DNA of 64,000 nucleotides from Eledone cirrhosa (Eukaryota). The DNA is taken from positions 15,562,001 through 15,626,000 of the forward strand of contig OZ024758.1 of assembly GCA_964016885.1 (NCBI GenBank), written 5' to 3'. Position numbers and translations under genes: made by a program. Below are positions 1-61,826 of this stretch, piece by piece. Each line of letters starts with the position of its first letter. Position 1 is the first letter of the stretch. The notes beneath the pieces are model-generated. The model worked only from the letters and a program-made list of their open reading frames with translations, searched no databases and was not told the DNA's origin.

Positions 1-206
1 CATGTCACCAGCACTACCACTTTACAGAGTGTTACTGGGTGTATTTTATCATGTCACCAGCACTACCACTTTACAGTGTGTTACTGGGTGTATTTTGTCA
101 TGTCACCAGCACTACCACTTTACAGAGTGTTACTGGGTGTATTTTATCATGTCACCAGCACTACCACTTAACAGTGTGTTACTGGGTGTATTTTGTCATG
201 TCACCA
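1..206. repeat. 49-bp tandem repeat (~4 copies), same SINE module
   Basis: CATGTCACCAGCACTACCACTTTACAGAGTGTTACTGGGTGTATTTTAT units. Confidence 0.85.
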
Positions 207-2338
207 TATCTTTCTTTAATATAGTTTTTATTTGCATTGATTGTATTAGCTTTCCCAAAATAATCTTGTCATGTTCTTGCAACTGGTGCTGTCAGTCGTT
301 GGGGTAATCCAACTAACCACATATTTCATAATGCTTCATATAAACTGTAGCACTTCTAAAGTCTGTCTCGAGCCAGGAGACTGATCAAGCCAGTGCTTAT
401 TCCAGTGTCTGTGGCATGAAACAACTGAGAGTACAAGACTTCCCCCTGGATAGGACACCAGTCCATCACTGGGTTAAAGTCTGTCTTGAGCCTGGAGCTC
501 ATTAGGCTGGTGATTATCCATTTTTCCATGGCATGAAGCGACTGAGAGTACATGACTCTGGACAGAATGTCAGTTCATCACAGGGTTAAGTTCTCAGCTT
601 TTACTGGTACTCATTTCTATTTTTCAGCTGATTACATTGGAGCTATGTGAAATGAAGTGTTTTGCTCAAGAACACAACACACAACCCAGCCCAGGAATCG
701 AACCTATGGCACCATTATCATAAATCCAACACCCTTACCACTAGGCCACACACCTCCACTTAACCATTTCTTTAGTTCCTTTACCTAGTCTAGTGATGAA
801 ACTTAAACATAAACACTAAAACCGTTCAATGGCATATCTGAATATCAAATTCTTGAACATCAGATACAAACACCTAAAACATTAGGAATGGAACTGATCA
901 TTAGATTGAACCAAGGAAACAATGTTTCCATTGATCTTTCCATTGCTGAAACTATCAGTTGCAACTCCTAGCAGGAGGAGGCAGATCACATACCACACAA
1001 TACATCCTGTCTAACTTCTTAACAATTCCACCAATCCACCAACCATGGACCTTTACTTTGTTTATTGACCTGGAAAAGATGAAAGGCAAAGTTGAGGTCG
1101 ATGGGATTTGAACTTAGAGTGCTGTGGGTCAGAACAAATACCAAAGCATTTAACCTGACACCTTTACAACTCTGTTAATTCACCATCTATATAAGCATAT
1201 TCACACATGATCCCTTAACTCCTGAGGGAGTTGTTGGGGAACTGTAGTGGCACACAGCATTTCTTGGACAATTTTAAACCTGGCAGAACCCATGTCTCCT
1301 CTCCAGGTCTGAACACAGCAGATTTCTTCCAGAGAAGGATAGAGAGAGTGAGAGTGAGAATGGAATAGAGAGAGAGTGAGTGAGAGAATGGAAGTGAGAA
1401 AGAGATATAGAGGAAGAATCAACCCCAGTACTAGACTGGTACTTTTTTTATCGACCTTAAATGGATGAAAGGCAAAGTTGACCCCGGCGGGATTTGAACT
1501 CAGAGATGACAGAGTCAAAATGAATACCACAAGACATTTTATCCAATATTCTAGGGACTCTGCCATTTCACCATCCATATAAGCATATAGTAACCATTAA
1601 AAAAAAAACGAAAACATACACATATAATTGTTTCCATCAATAAGAAAATGTTTTTTTAAATATCACCAGGTAAACATCAATGATAAGAGTAATATTGATT
1701 TCTTCTGATTTGGCACAAAGCCAGTTTTGGTATAAAGAATGGATGAACTAACTGGATCGAACTAGTGTAATATTGGAACTTATTTTTTTATCACCAAATA
1801 TGGAAGTGAAAGTCTTTGAAAAGGACTTGAACTTAGAAAAGTTAGATACAAAACTAAATTATGATAAACCATACATCCATACATACACATACATACATAC
1901 AAACATATAAATACAAACATACACATATACATACATACGAACATACACATATACATACATACACATATACATACATACATACATACATACACATACCTGT
2001 CCATCCATGTCATAGGTACGTTAAACCTGATTGAGCCTATCTCTCTCCGCGTCTAAAAACAGCCAATGAGTAAGTGTGTGTGATAGAGAGAGGAATCAAC
2101 CCCAGTACAGGACTGGTACTTCATTTAATGACCTTGAAAGTGCTGATTCTATGAAACAAAACCCTCCATTTTAAATGTTTTCTATTTATATTTTAAAAAA
2201 GAAACACATGTTAAGTTATTATCTTAGTAATTAAATAATTAGCAATTTTAGTAAAATTCTCAAAATTCATTAATTAATTAAAATAGAATGTATTTCATTA
2301 GAAATATGGTAATGTAAGAGATAAGAGTCAAAGAAGCA

Positions 2339-2505
2339 CCATATTTCCCGGCATCGAAGACCCTACTTTTTTCCTAAAATAAGTCTAAAAAAATCTACCA
2401 TGCATCCTGGTGGCCGAAGGTTTATTATTTTTGTTCCAAATTTTTGGTTGTCAAAATTAGGGTGCGTCCTCGAGAACGAAGAATCTTCGGCGCCGGGAAA
2501 TACGG
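2339..2505. mobile_element. Tc1/mariner-pogo-type MITE
   Basis: TIR CC(A/G)TATTTCCCGGC..CGAAGA and TCTTCG..GCCGGGAAATACGG followed by TA. Confidence 0.6.
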
Positions 2506-2988
2506 TAATTTTGAAAATTACCCTTTGTCAATTCAAATATTAGGTCAATGAAAATATGTTATTTTTGTTAAAAATTCAGTGTGCAACACCTTACCATTGT
2601 TGATACCGTAATTCCAATGACAGAGGCTTTGTTTCTTTGATAGGAACCAGTCACTTCTCTATAAGAATTCGAAGAACTAAAAACAATAATCACATACACA
2701 TAATATATATATATATATATATATATCATCAGGTCCTGATGATTTCATATGAATGAAACAGTTCTAGTCCTGTAGAAGTCATATATATGCATATCATCAT
2801 CATCATTTCTGTTTAATGTCAATTTTTCCATGCTTGCATGGGTTAGACAGGTCGTCCACACCGGGAAGCACGTCTGGCCAGGGTTGGCCATATGTCACAC
2901 CTTGCTCCACGCGAGGACTGTAAATTTGGCTGGGTATATTACAGCTACCTAACACCAACCACGTTTACAGTGTGGAACTGGATACATA

Positions 2989-3027
<39 letters not shown>

Positions 3028-4153
3028 GTATATATATCTATATATAGTAGTCTGTCCTGGGTATGACATTAAACTACATCCAGTGGCAAGGCTCCAGTTC
3101 GGGAGTTCAGGAGATGTGGGGAATGTGGAGTTACCCCTTAGTTGTCATGACTCCCAGGTCTGCCCTGGCCCGGGGTGGTAGTACCTGTTAGGGCTCCATT
3201 TATGGGTTAAATAACTACCTTATTCGAGTGGCGCCGGTAAGGTATTGTCAGCCATTGAAAAGAAGAAAAGATATATAGTAGTGATAATAAATACAAAGAC
3301 CAAAATCGAGAGAGGATTTGATAAGAGTTGAATATCATCATCATCATCATCATCATCGTTTAACGTTATTTTCCACTCTAGTATGAGTAGGATGGGCTGA
3401 CCCTTTGGGAGAGATCAGGTCAGAGGACCACGTTTCACTCACACAGGTCTAATTTTAGCTTGGTTTCTACAGCTAGATGCTCTTCCTAATACCAACCACA
3501 CGGTCTATATAAACCGTGTAGCTATGACAGGAAATATTTAGCTTATTATTATGTAATTACTATTACTATCGTTATTATTATAAAGTACCAGTCACGCACT
3601 GAGGGTCCCCTCCCCCAAAATTGCTGGTCTTGTGCCTAAATAAGAAACCATTATTATTATTATTGTTATTCTTTGAGTCTCAGTCATTGATGTTATTTAA
3701 CTGGAAAGTTTGTTCAAATGAATATCAAGCCACTACCTGCAGCCTCAGATATTAAGGATGTATCGGAGGGTTCTTGCTGATACCAGCAAGCATGTCTTTT
3801 GAAGTGTTCCAAAAAACGGGACTAGACTATTATTATTATCTTTACAAGTATTATTAATACTCTCGGTATCTTTACGTATAACCACATTATTTCTATTAAA
3901 AATGTATCCATATATGGTAGCAGGAAAATATTCGACTAATTTATAAAGAGAATTAGTCTCCTGATTTTTTCATAGCAAGAATTTGCTCTTCCTGCTTCAC
4001 TTAATGATATAATTAGATCTTTGATTCTCTTTGCATATATTTTACTGTATCTCAAGAGAATGTTTTCATGTGGTACCATTATATGTTTCTAGTAACGTGA
4101 GAGCTCATTAGGCAAAAGGGAGATAACCCAGTGTCTTAATTATCTTTTTGCTT

Positions 4154-4195
<42 letters not shown>

Positions 4196-4530
4196 TACTG
4201 TCATTTCTATAATACGAAGAGGGTGTTTAACTCCAACACGCTATATATATATATATTTTTGCAACACGAATTGGCGCAAAACTTATTTTAATACTGCTGG
4301 ACCCACTTTTTTAACATAAAAACAGGTAGAATTCCCAAAACTAATCAGATCAGAGCAAACATCACGGACGCTCTATCTCAAAATTATTTTTGAAAAGCAT
4401 TAGAAATGCGCAACCGGTAAAACTTAAAACCAAAACTGAATACTAACCAATACTATTACTAATTCTCATTTATTCCTAATTAAACTATTTTTCACTGTGA
4501 ACAATTTGTCAGCATTTTCTTTTCCGTTTA

Positions 4531-4580
<50 letters not shown>

Positions 4581-4582
<2 letters not shown>

Positions 4583-4657
4583 TTTTTCCCCCCAAAATGT
4601 ATACACATATTTATTAGAATGCTGTTGAAATGTGTATACATTTTGTGGGACACCCTG
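4581..4657. mobile_element. Tiny mariner-like MITE remnant
   Basis: CAAAATGTATACACA and TGTGTATACATTTTGTGGGACACCCTG inverted ends. Confidence 0.45.
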
Positions 4658-4804
4658 TGTGTGTGTGTGTATGTGTGTATATATATATATAGAGAGAGAG
4701 AGAGATAGATATATATAGATATAGTTAAATGGAGAGATAGATTTTTCTCACACACATACTCACAATGTATATATAATCACACACATGTATACACATATAC
4801 ACAT

Positions 4805-4839
<35 letters not shown>

Positions 4840-5272
4840 AACAAACAAACACAAACAAACACAAACACACAGGGGGGTAAACAATAAAAAAGAAAAATGG
4901 ATGCATTTATGAAATATTTCCATAAATAAATGCAACTAGAAACATTGATTGAGAAAGAACGAAAAGTTTAGATATATAAATTATTACATCTAAGTAAGTG
5001 ACAAAATGTCTGCAATCTTGGATCATCCCTTCACATCCAAATCACACCACAAATTCAAAATGGACTGAATATTTTTTTTACAAGGAGAATTGGTGAATTT
5101 TGGTGCCGTATGAAAATGTGAAAATATAGACAAACATTTCAATCATCTTATTTTCTTTCTTTTTCCTTTCTGTCTGTTTTTCTTTTCTTCTTTTCTTCCC
5201 CCCCCCCCCCCCTTCATTCTGAATTTTTCCACGGATCCTCTCTTTGATCCCCTGTTTTTTTACCTTTTTCCT

Positions 5273-52312
<47,040 letters not shown>

Positions 52313-53270
52313 AACACCACAGTGTTACGGAGAGAACTGCTTCTCTGCTCGGTTCCTGTTTTGTTGAGGTTTTTTTTTTTTCTTTCTCTTTTTTTGCTTT
52401 TTGCTCACTAGTAGATAACACTAGATCAAACACCAACTTTTTGGAGGTTTGTTTTTTTTGTTTGTTAACAGTGAAGAAAGATAGATAGTAGTATCAATAA
52501 AAAATATTAATTTCAGTCAATAAATGAATGGAAATATTATTAACAAAAACTCCGATAAATAGCATTAATGTATATGCCAAGACAAGCCAAGTTCAGCTAC
52601 AATTGTTGTCGTCATTTTGTTGACACCGGATTCAAAACAAAAACATACAGACAGCTAGTATTATACTCGAAACAATAACGACCATTTACACAAAAGACTT
52701 TCATCTGAATAACATTCTTTGCTTTCTATTTCAACATCTCTTTTATGACGTTTTATTCATTTATTTATAAACGTATTTTTATTTCTACATTCAGTCAGTT
52801 TATAGGACAATAATTTGTATTAAAGAAAAGAAATACTTTACATATATTTGCTGCGAAAAACACATTAGAATGAATATTTATTGTTGTCAAACTAACCAAT
52901 TTTCATGTGCTGTTATAAATAAAGCAATTTATAGAAGTAAGTACGGGATTAAACAAGATTATTTTACATGCATTGTCTGTTAAATATAAAGCTATTGCTT
53001 TATCTGTAAATATAAGCTATAGAACGAAAATTCTATTGTAAAAATATAATAAAAATTGAAACATTTTTTTTTTTTGGCAAAATAAGACTAATGTAATGTT
53101 GAAGGCAGAAACAGAGAGAGAAACAGACCTGCCAACCTCTAAAAACCCAAACGGGGTGTACCATGAAAAAAAGTGCCCCAAAACGGGGAGAAATTAGGCA
53201 AAATGGGGAGATTTTACTTAATGAAAGCTATACCCATTTTCACAAGAGAAGACATCTCTCACCCACCCCA

Positions 53271-53532
53271 AAGTGGTAGTACTGGTGTCATGATAAAATG
53301 CACCCAGTCCACTCTGTAAAGTGGTAGTGCTAATGTCACAATAAAATGCACCCAGTCCACTCTGTAAAGTGGTAGTGCTAGTGTCACAATAAAATGCACC
53401 CAGTCCACTCTGTAAAGTGGTAGTGCTAGTGTCACAATAAAATGCACCCAGTCCACTCTGTAAAGTGGTAGTGCTAGTGTCACAATAAAATACACCCAAT
53501 CCACTCTGTAAAGTGGTAGCACTGGCGTCATG
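53271..53532. repeat. 48-bp tandem repeat (~5 copies), same SINE module
   Basis: CACAATAAAATGCACCCAGTCCACTCTGTAAAGTGGTAGTGCTAGTGT units. Confidence 0.85.
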
Positions 53533-56500
53533 TCCCTCTTCCCTTGTTTTGGATATTTCTACAACACAGCTTTGCAGCAAAGATGTTTATTGATTTATTT
53601 ATTGATCACATGAAAATATTATATGATTAAACAAATTTGTCTAAAACTGATCTTTTAAGATTCAGTAATACATCTGTGTGAGATCTTAGTACAAAGTGGC
53701 TCCCTAGTTGGCTAAATAGATGACTCAGTCCTGGGTATATGCCAAATCATCATCATCATCATCATCTATTGAACTAATGCTGACCTTTGCTCACGATATA
53801 TGTCATTCTAGGGAAGTGCATGGCTTTGTGGTTAGGGTATTTGGCTCACAACCATAAGTTCATGAGTTCGATTCCCTGTGGCATGTTGTGTCCTTGAGCA
53901 AGACACTTTATTTTCATGTTGCTCCAGTCCACTCAGATGGCAAAAATGAGTTGTGCCTGTAGTTCGAAGGGTGAGCCTTGTCACATTCTGTGTCACGCTG
54001 AATCTCCCTGAGAATTACAGTAAGTGTACGCATGTTTGTGGAATGCTCAGCCACTTGCACGTTAATTTCACGAGCAGACTGTTCCATATAAATGTAGTTC
54101 TAAATATATTTTTGAGGTCTAGTGCATAAATTTATCTATTAAAATTTATCTATTAAAAATTTATCTATTAAAAATATGTCAATTTACCTTATATTCAAAT
54201 ATATAATTTTTTCTCTCTCTTTTTATCAATATCTCAAATTATTTATAAAAAAACTTGAACAGTATTGAGTCTAACTCCTCTTAGCGTGGAAAAAATGGAC
54301 ATTAAACAGTGATAACGATGATGACGATGATTATATTATATATATTTTTTTAAACAAAACTGTTACATTTCAAAAGGTGATATTACAATTAGTATTAATT
54401 GCAATAGTATTGAAGTATACTAACAACAGTAATTAGGTACCGAGTATAAAAACAGGGCAAGACAAGCTCATTGTCTTGTTTAAGTTAGATTAAGAAAGTC
54501 TCAGAACTGAAGTTATATTTCAACAACTACAAGGTAAGTACTACTGATATTTCTATAATGTAGTTAATATAACTAAACTTTTTAACCATTTCATTACCAT
54601 ACTTCTAATGAAAGACTGTTCAAGACAGTCAAGAAAGAAAACTCTGATCGCTCACATGTGTTAGACAAGTTGTCCTGTTGTGAGACAAACCAGATCAGGT
54701 AACCGTGTCTTGCTCCCACAGAACTTATTTTTGGCTTGGTTTCTACAGCTGGATGCCCTTCCTAACACCAACTACATTTATCATGACACCTACACAATCA
54801 CATTTACAGTGTGTACTGAGTTAATGCTTTTTATTATGACACCTACGTGAAATGGGGTTCCTCTGAGGGTCTTTAAAGTAATGTTACTTGGTAAAGAGTA
54901 TAGCTTGAAGATTCCAAGTAGAGCTGCTACTTCTCCGAATTGAGAGATCACGGCATGTCTCGGGGAAAGAATTGCTGGACAGATTTGTAGCTTGGAGATC
55001 AGAGAGTCACTCCAGGTAGAGCTGCTACTTCTCTAAATTGAGAGATCATGGCTTTTTATCATGACACCTATGTGATCACATTTACAGAGTGTACTGGATA
55101 CTTTTTACCACGACACCTATAAATGAAATTATAAAGTTATGTTTATGTATTTCTTTTGCAAGATTCTTGATGTGAGAACATGTGTTGAAACTGGTATTGT
55201 AATATTTGGCGATGACATGTTGCCAGTACTACCAACAAAAAGAAGCACATGCACCAAATCATTTTCCCCATCCCCACTCTCAGCCACTTGCTAGTTCACC
55301 TAGATATATAAATATAAATGTTAACGTGCTCATGTATAGAGATTCTATGAAATAGGGTGAAGATACATAACCCTTTAGCATTTACATTACTCTATATTTA
55401 CTATTGTATTTTCATAGTAAACACATAATTATCTCACATAATATTGAATCTACGAGATTTTGATATTATTCATTTTGAGAACAATACCTTAAGATCAGTA
55501 TGAGCAGCTGGTTATGGCCAGTTTGAATTGAAAGAGGTGAGAGAATTCAAGCTAGATATGGCTGGTTTAAATGCTAAAAAGTTAAAGAGAAAGAGGTGAG
55601 AGAATTCTAGCTGGATATAACCGGTTTGAACTGAAAGAGGTGAGAGAATTTTGGCTGGATACAGCTGGTTTAAATGCTAAAGCATTAAACAGAAAGAAGT
55701 GAGAGAATTCTGGCCGGATATGGCTGGTTTAAATGCTAAAAGGTTAAACAGAAAGAAGTGCGAGAATTCTGGCCAGATATGGCCAGTTTAACTGCTAAAG
55801 AGTTAAAAGTCTCATAGCAGCCAATATAATTATGCCTCATAGCAGCCAATATAATTATGAAGCTGTATATATAATAAATGTGAATAAAGGTGAAGAAACA
55901 AGTTTTTGTTGTCAAGTGACAGAAGAGTCATGTGAAACGTGTTAAATGTCACAATACAATTATTGTGAAGTTTATTCTGGAGGAATATAGTGACCTGAAT
56001 ATATTGTCTTCAGCTTAGTAAGTAAACTAAAACTTTTTACAAGATCAGGTCATGATATAAAAAGAAATGAAATCTATATTTGTTCCTGAGCTCTCAACTC
56101 TTAAAACACCGTCTCACATCTGAAATTTAATCCTTTACAACAGGATCAAGTCCAGAAATATAAAGAAAATAAATCTGTTTGTACTTGATCCCTTAACCCA
56201 TTAGCATATATATTACTCTATATTTATTATTATATTTTCATGGTAAAGACTTTACCTCAGCTAATATAGAATCTATGAGATTTTGATATTATTTTGAGAA
56301 CAATACCTTAACATAAGTATGAACAGCTAGTTACAGCCAGCAATAACTCCAATTAAATACTGTTTCGTTTATATTGATTTATCCAACCTGGGTGTAAAAT
56401 GATGATGACTCAGTCAACTAGATGTGCATGTGTGTGTGTGTGCGCGTGTGTGGGTGTGTGTGTGTGTGTGTGTCACAATATTTTACTTCTTATCTCTCCT

Positions 56501-56693
56501 TATATGATTTCACTATATTTCCATTGTCTGCAATCATGAGAAAAGATAAATGTCTTAATTAGTTGTAACATTTCTGTAATTGGTACCAATTATCAATTAA
56601 TCTCTGACAATTAGTATCATCATCATCATCATCATCATCATCATTTTACGTTCGCTTTTCCCTGCTTGCAAGGGTGGAATGGGTCTTATTTAG

Positions 56694-56732
<39 letters not shown>

Positions 56733-56744
56733 GTATGTATATAA

Positions 56745-57171
56745 GTAGAAAGGATATTTAATTTGTTGGTAATTCAACAAATATATATATTTATAACAGA
56801 TTCGAAGCACTCAACGGATTTTCTGGAGTATAATATCAATGAAAATATAATATAAATGGAAACTATATTTTTAAAACCATATTTATTCTATTATATATAT
56901 TTCAAGAGTACCAAAACTTTGGTACGCTCTCATCAGATAAAATACAAAGTTTGTTTTATAAATATTGACATATCCAGGAATGAGACCTTAACAGTTCAAG
57001 TATCTAGGTAAAACTTAAACTGTTAAGGTCTCATTCCTGGATATGTCAATATTTATAAAACAAACTTTGTATTTTATCTGATGAGAGCGTACCAAACTTT
57101 TGGTACCCTTGAAATATATATAATAGAATAAATATGGTTTTATAAATATAGTTTCCATTTATTAATATTAT

Positions 57172-57175
<4 letters not shown>
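56745..57175. mobile_element. Fold-back PLE-end element (centre ~57008)
   Basis: ~150-bp inverted arms; CTGATGA at 57078...GAAA at 57111; related to the 47.7-kb element; (TA)n flanks. Confidence 0.7.
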
Positions 57176-57223
<48 letters not shown>

Positions 57224-57382
57224 GGGCGGGGGTAGTGAGAGCAGACTTCAGATCGCTGAAACTCACGGAGGAGATGACGAAGGACCGTGACAAATGGAGA
57301 GATGCTATGCTGAATAGGACCCATCCCACCCTTGCAAGCAGGGGGAAAAGCGGACGTAAAATGATGATGATAAATATGATGA

Positions 57383-57435
<53 letters not shown>

Positions 57436-58620
57436 ATGCGTATGAAGGATGACAGCTGCATAAAAAAGATGCAGAGCACTAGAAGTCAATGGAAACCGCG
57501 GAGTGGGGAGACCCAAGAAGACCTGGGATGAGGTGATAAAAGCCGACCTTACCCAATTACACCTCTCAAAGGCGATGACACACGACCGTGACCTCTGTCG
57601 TAACGCAGTAATACAGAGTACCCGACCTCCCATGGGTACAAGCTGAAGCATATAGACAATATGCCCCCGCACCGTCCCACTGCAAGGTGGTCGTGGAGGT
57701 GCCATGGCAAAAAAGCACCCAGACCACACTGTAAAGTGGATGTGTAGGTGCCACGGAAAAAATGCACCCAGCACTCACTGTAAATGAGGTTGGTGTTAGG
57801 AAGGGCATCCAGCTGTAGAAATCAAGCCAAAATCAGTTCCTGTATGAGCAAGACAAGGTCAGCCGACCGGACACTGCCCACAACAGGACAACCCATCTAA
57901 CCCATGCTAGCGTGGAAGAACGGACGTAAAACGGTGATGATGATGATGATGATGATGATACAATGTCACCTTGTTAACTGAACCTTCTAGATTGTAGATA
58001 ATTGTTTCTACTATTGGCACAAGGCCAGAAATAACCCAGTACATTACTGGTACTTTATTTTATCGACCCCGTAAGGATGAAAGGCAAAGTTAACCTCGGC
58101 GGGATTTGAACTCAGAATGGCAAGGGCCGTAACTCTATGCGTCAAAGCATGGCGTCCTTGTAGATAATGAAGAAAGTTCAGGAGTTAAAGTCTCCATACT
58201 TTTAACTGTTAACTATCAATAGCTATTATGGTCATGTGGTTAGAACGTGATCATTAATAGAAGCAGCCAAAATGGGGTTCCTCTGAGGGTCTTTGGAATA
58301 ATGGTACTCGATAGAGTGTATAGCTCTGAGACCAGAGAGCCACTCCAGGTAGAGCTGCTACTTTTCTGAATTGAGAGATCACAGCTCTGATACTATGAAC
58401 ATACTGTATTTTTAACTGCTGGTCAATCAATGATAAACATTGATTGCCAAATAAATTAACTATGGAGATATAAAAGATACAGAAGCGAAAACCAACCAAA
58501 CAGTGAGTGTGTTCTGTTATTCTGGCAATATTACAACAATATGACCCTCCCCAAGTATAACAATATTTGTTTCGACACACGATTTCATATCAAAAACCTT
58601 GCAAAACAAATATATATATA

Positions 58621-58959
58621 AAATAAAGTTAAATAAAAGTCAAATGATTAAAATTTAGCTTCGTTTATTACTGCTATATATATTTCAGTGACAGCCATCT
58701 TTGGCTGTGACCTCTTCAGGCAGTTTGAATTAGTATGGTATAGACAAGTACATATGTTGTTTAGGTGTATGATATTGTCAATACTCAGATATGCCCAGTT
58801 CCTTGTTGGGTTGTTAATTCACTGGGGAACTGGATTCATTTGACTTTTATTTAACTTTATTTTACACTACTCCGGAGTAACCAAACCAACCTGCGCACTT
58901 CGTCGAGTGCTCCAGCCTGCATACTGAGGTGTTGGTATACAACCAACATAAACTCAAAA

Positions 58960-58960
<1 letters not shown>
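58621..58960. mobile_element. Fold-back PLE-end element with a minus-strand hammerhead (58682-58719)
   Basis: CTGAAGAGGTCACAGCCA-AAGA-TGGCTGTCACTGAAA on the minus strand; 27-bp inverted repeat 58621-58647/58836-58862. Confidence 0.6.
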
Positions 58961-58997
<37 letters not shown>

Positions 58998-59183
58998 CAC
59001 AAAATCTGTGGATAAAATTTCTGGTCTTGACTTGTTTTGAATTGGGATTAAATTATTTTCCCATATCGTACGTTAAATATTTTTCATCTTGATGTTATAG
59101 TCACTTATATGTCTGAATTACTGTTGGCTTCTTGCTTACATTAATTTCTCTATTTTCATTTATATATATATATAATATATATA

Positions 59184-59560
59184 TGTACGATATTAAACAA
59201 ATGGAAACTATATTTATAAAACCATATTTATTTCATTATACATTTGACGTACCATAAATAGGAGCTACCATTATGTCGGAAGCTGGTTTGTTTCCGACAT
59301 AATGGTAGCTCCTATTTATGGTACGTCAAAATTATTTATAAAACTGTTTATATATTGTATTTTATCTGACGAAGGCATGCCATATTTTTAATATGGTATC
59401 CCCGAAATATGTATAATGAAATAAATATGGTTTTATAAATATAGTTTCCATTTGTTTAATATCGTATATCTACTCCAAAAACTTGTCGAGTGCTTTATAT
59501 CAGTTATAAAATATTTACTTATTGTAACCCAACAATTTTAAATAAAACTTTTGCATATAA
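59184..59560. mobile_element. Fold-back PLE-end element
   Basis: Inner palindrome 59243-59331 and an outer inverted repeat; CTGACGA at 59366...GAAA at 59404. Confidence 0.65.
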
Positions 59561-59603
59561 TATATATGTATATATTTACAGTTCAGCTTTAGCTTGTTAA
59601 CCA

Positions 59604-59710
59604 ATGGCGCAAACAAAAAACAGAATTTCTGAAATTCTTACCAAAATTTCTTCTGAACTTGATAAATGTATAGCGTTTTGGTTAAATAATTCTCATGATG
59701 AAACCAATGG
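59604..59710 (+). CDS. RENBP: N-acylglucosamine 2-epimerase (renin-binding protein), coding exon 1 (MAQTKNRISEILTKISSELDKCIAFWLNNSHDETNG)
   Basis: Resembles human ELDRVVAFWMEHSHDQEHG; AG acceptor ending at 59581, GTAAGT donor at 59711. Not in the ORF track. Confidence 0.85.
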
Positions 59711-59864
59711 GTAAGTATTAAGTCAGTACAACACATTTTAACTCTTTCATTGCTATATTTCTAATCATTTTTTCTTAGGTTTATTTTCCATTGTCAGTTT
59801 GCTGAGCCTGACACGACTTTGATGTCTCAGAAAAGTTTCAGATATTTACATATTCTGATACTCC

Positions 59865-60095
59865 TGGTTGCTGTTGTTGTTGGTGTTGATATTATTGTTG
59901 ATGTTGTTGTTGTAGTTGTTGTCGCTGTTGATGATATTGTTGTTGATGTTGTAATTATTTTTGCTGTTGATATTACTGTTGTTGTTGTTGCAGTTGACGT
60001 TGTAGTTATTGTTATTGCTGCTGTCATTGTTGCTGTTGATACTATTGTTGTAGCTGATGATATTGTCAATATTGTTATTGTTTCTGTTGAAGTAG
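59865..60095. repeat. Degenerate (GTT)n microsatellite
   Basis: Visible directly. Confidence 0.85.
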
Positions 60096-61750
60096 TTTAG
60101 TCCCAGGCCAACCCTGATTGAGCAAACCTATGCTAAAAAAAACCAAAAAACATTCTAATTATGACAATCCAATCTTGGTTTTTAGGAATAATGCCACAAA
60201 TGTGACAAGATGCTACATAAACAGAAACAATAGCAACAGCAGCTATTCCAAACATTTTAACAACTATTTGCTAGCATAGTATAGAACAGTTTTTATTTTT
60301 CACAGTTGGCTGCTTTTTCCAGAGCTATTTACACAATTAGGAGCAGAAAACTGGTTTCTGTCAGTAAAACAAACAAAAGTATGTGCTGCACAAAAGTTTC
60401 ATGACTCAAGCTACAGAATTAAATCGACTTTTCTGACAGTTTCCACAAGCAATTTGTGTTCCACTTATTCAATCATCATCATCATCGTTTAACGTCTATC
60501 TTCCACGCTAGCATGGGTTAGACGGGAATTGTCCCATTTGAGGTAAGATTAGTCGAGTGATCGTGTCTCGCTCGTATAGGACTATCTGTCGAGACACTGC
60601 ATCCTTTGAAACCTCCATGCTTCCCGAGATTCGCCAACACTACACCTGATTTTCCCCCTCCATACACATACACACATGTATATCATGACTCATACACTAT
60701 TCACTTCCCTGACATTTGTATATTATTCTGTATACTATACATACACACCTTTGACGAGTTGTAGTGCACCTGAGCACTTTACACAATAATTTCATTATTA
60801 TCTGGCAGGTTTTCTATGGCTAGATGCCCTTCCTAACACCAACCACGTTTTACCATGTTACCTACACGGCCACATTACAGCGTGGACTGTGTGTTTTTTT
60901 TGTTGTGACACCTACACGACCTCATTTATTTAGGACTGGATGTTGTGGTACCAACATAACTTTACAGAGAAAGGGGTGGTGTTGATGGGGGTGAGTTGCA
61001 ATGTCACTGGTGCCAAGCTGTATCAGCCATTGCCTTTGCCTTGGACAACATTATATACATAGTGTATATATATTGTATATATAATGTATATATATGAGTT
61101 GCAATGTCACTGGCGCCAAGTTGAATTGGCCTTTGACTTTCCCTTGAACAACATTATATACATAGTGTATCATTTCATTTAATTTCATTTTACGTCCGCT
61201 TTTCCCTGCTTGCAAGGGTGGGACGAGAACTGATTCTGGCTTGATTTCTACAGCTGGATTCCTAACACCAACCTCATTTACAGTGAGTGCTGGGTGTTCT
61301 TTTGCCGTGGCACCTCCACGACCATTTTGCAGTGGAATCTCATTTCTACAGCTGAGTAGACTGGAGCAATGTGAAATAAAGTGTCTTGCTCAAGGAAACA
61401 ACACATCACCCGGTCTGAGAATTGAACTCACAACCTTTCGATTGCAAGGACAATGCTCTAACCACTAAGACATGTGCCACTATGTGTATATATAATGAAT
61501 ATATATATATATATGAGTTGTGACGTCACTGGTGCCAAGTTGTATTGGCCTTACCTTTCCTTTAGACAAAATCAATGGCATGGAGAGGGGAGACTGGTAT
61601 GGATGAACATGAGTGCCTACTGGTCTTCCTCAAACAACCTTGCCTGGACTTGTACCTTGGAGGGAAACTTTCTAGGTACAAATCCCATGGGCTATCATGA
61701 CCAAAGGGGGTCTTCTCTAATTCATTATATTTTTTTCTTAATCTTTACAG

Positions 61751-61826
61751 GGGATTCTTTACATGTTTAGGAAGAGATGGATCAGTCTACGATACTACCA
61801 AATATGGATGGCCCCAAGGAAGACAG
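61751..61826 (+). CDS. RENBP: N-acylglucosamine 2-epimerase, coding exon 2 ([25 protein letters not shown]); the gene continues beyond the window
   Basis: Matches [25 protein letters not shown]; CAG/GT sites; phase fits the previous exon. Confidence 0.9.
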
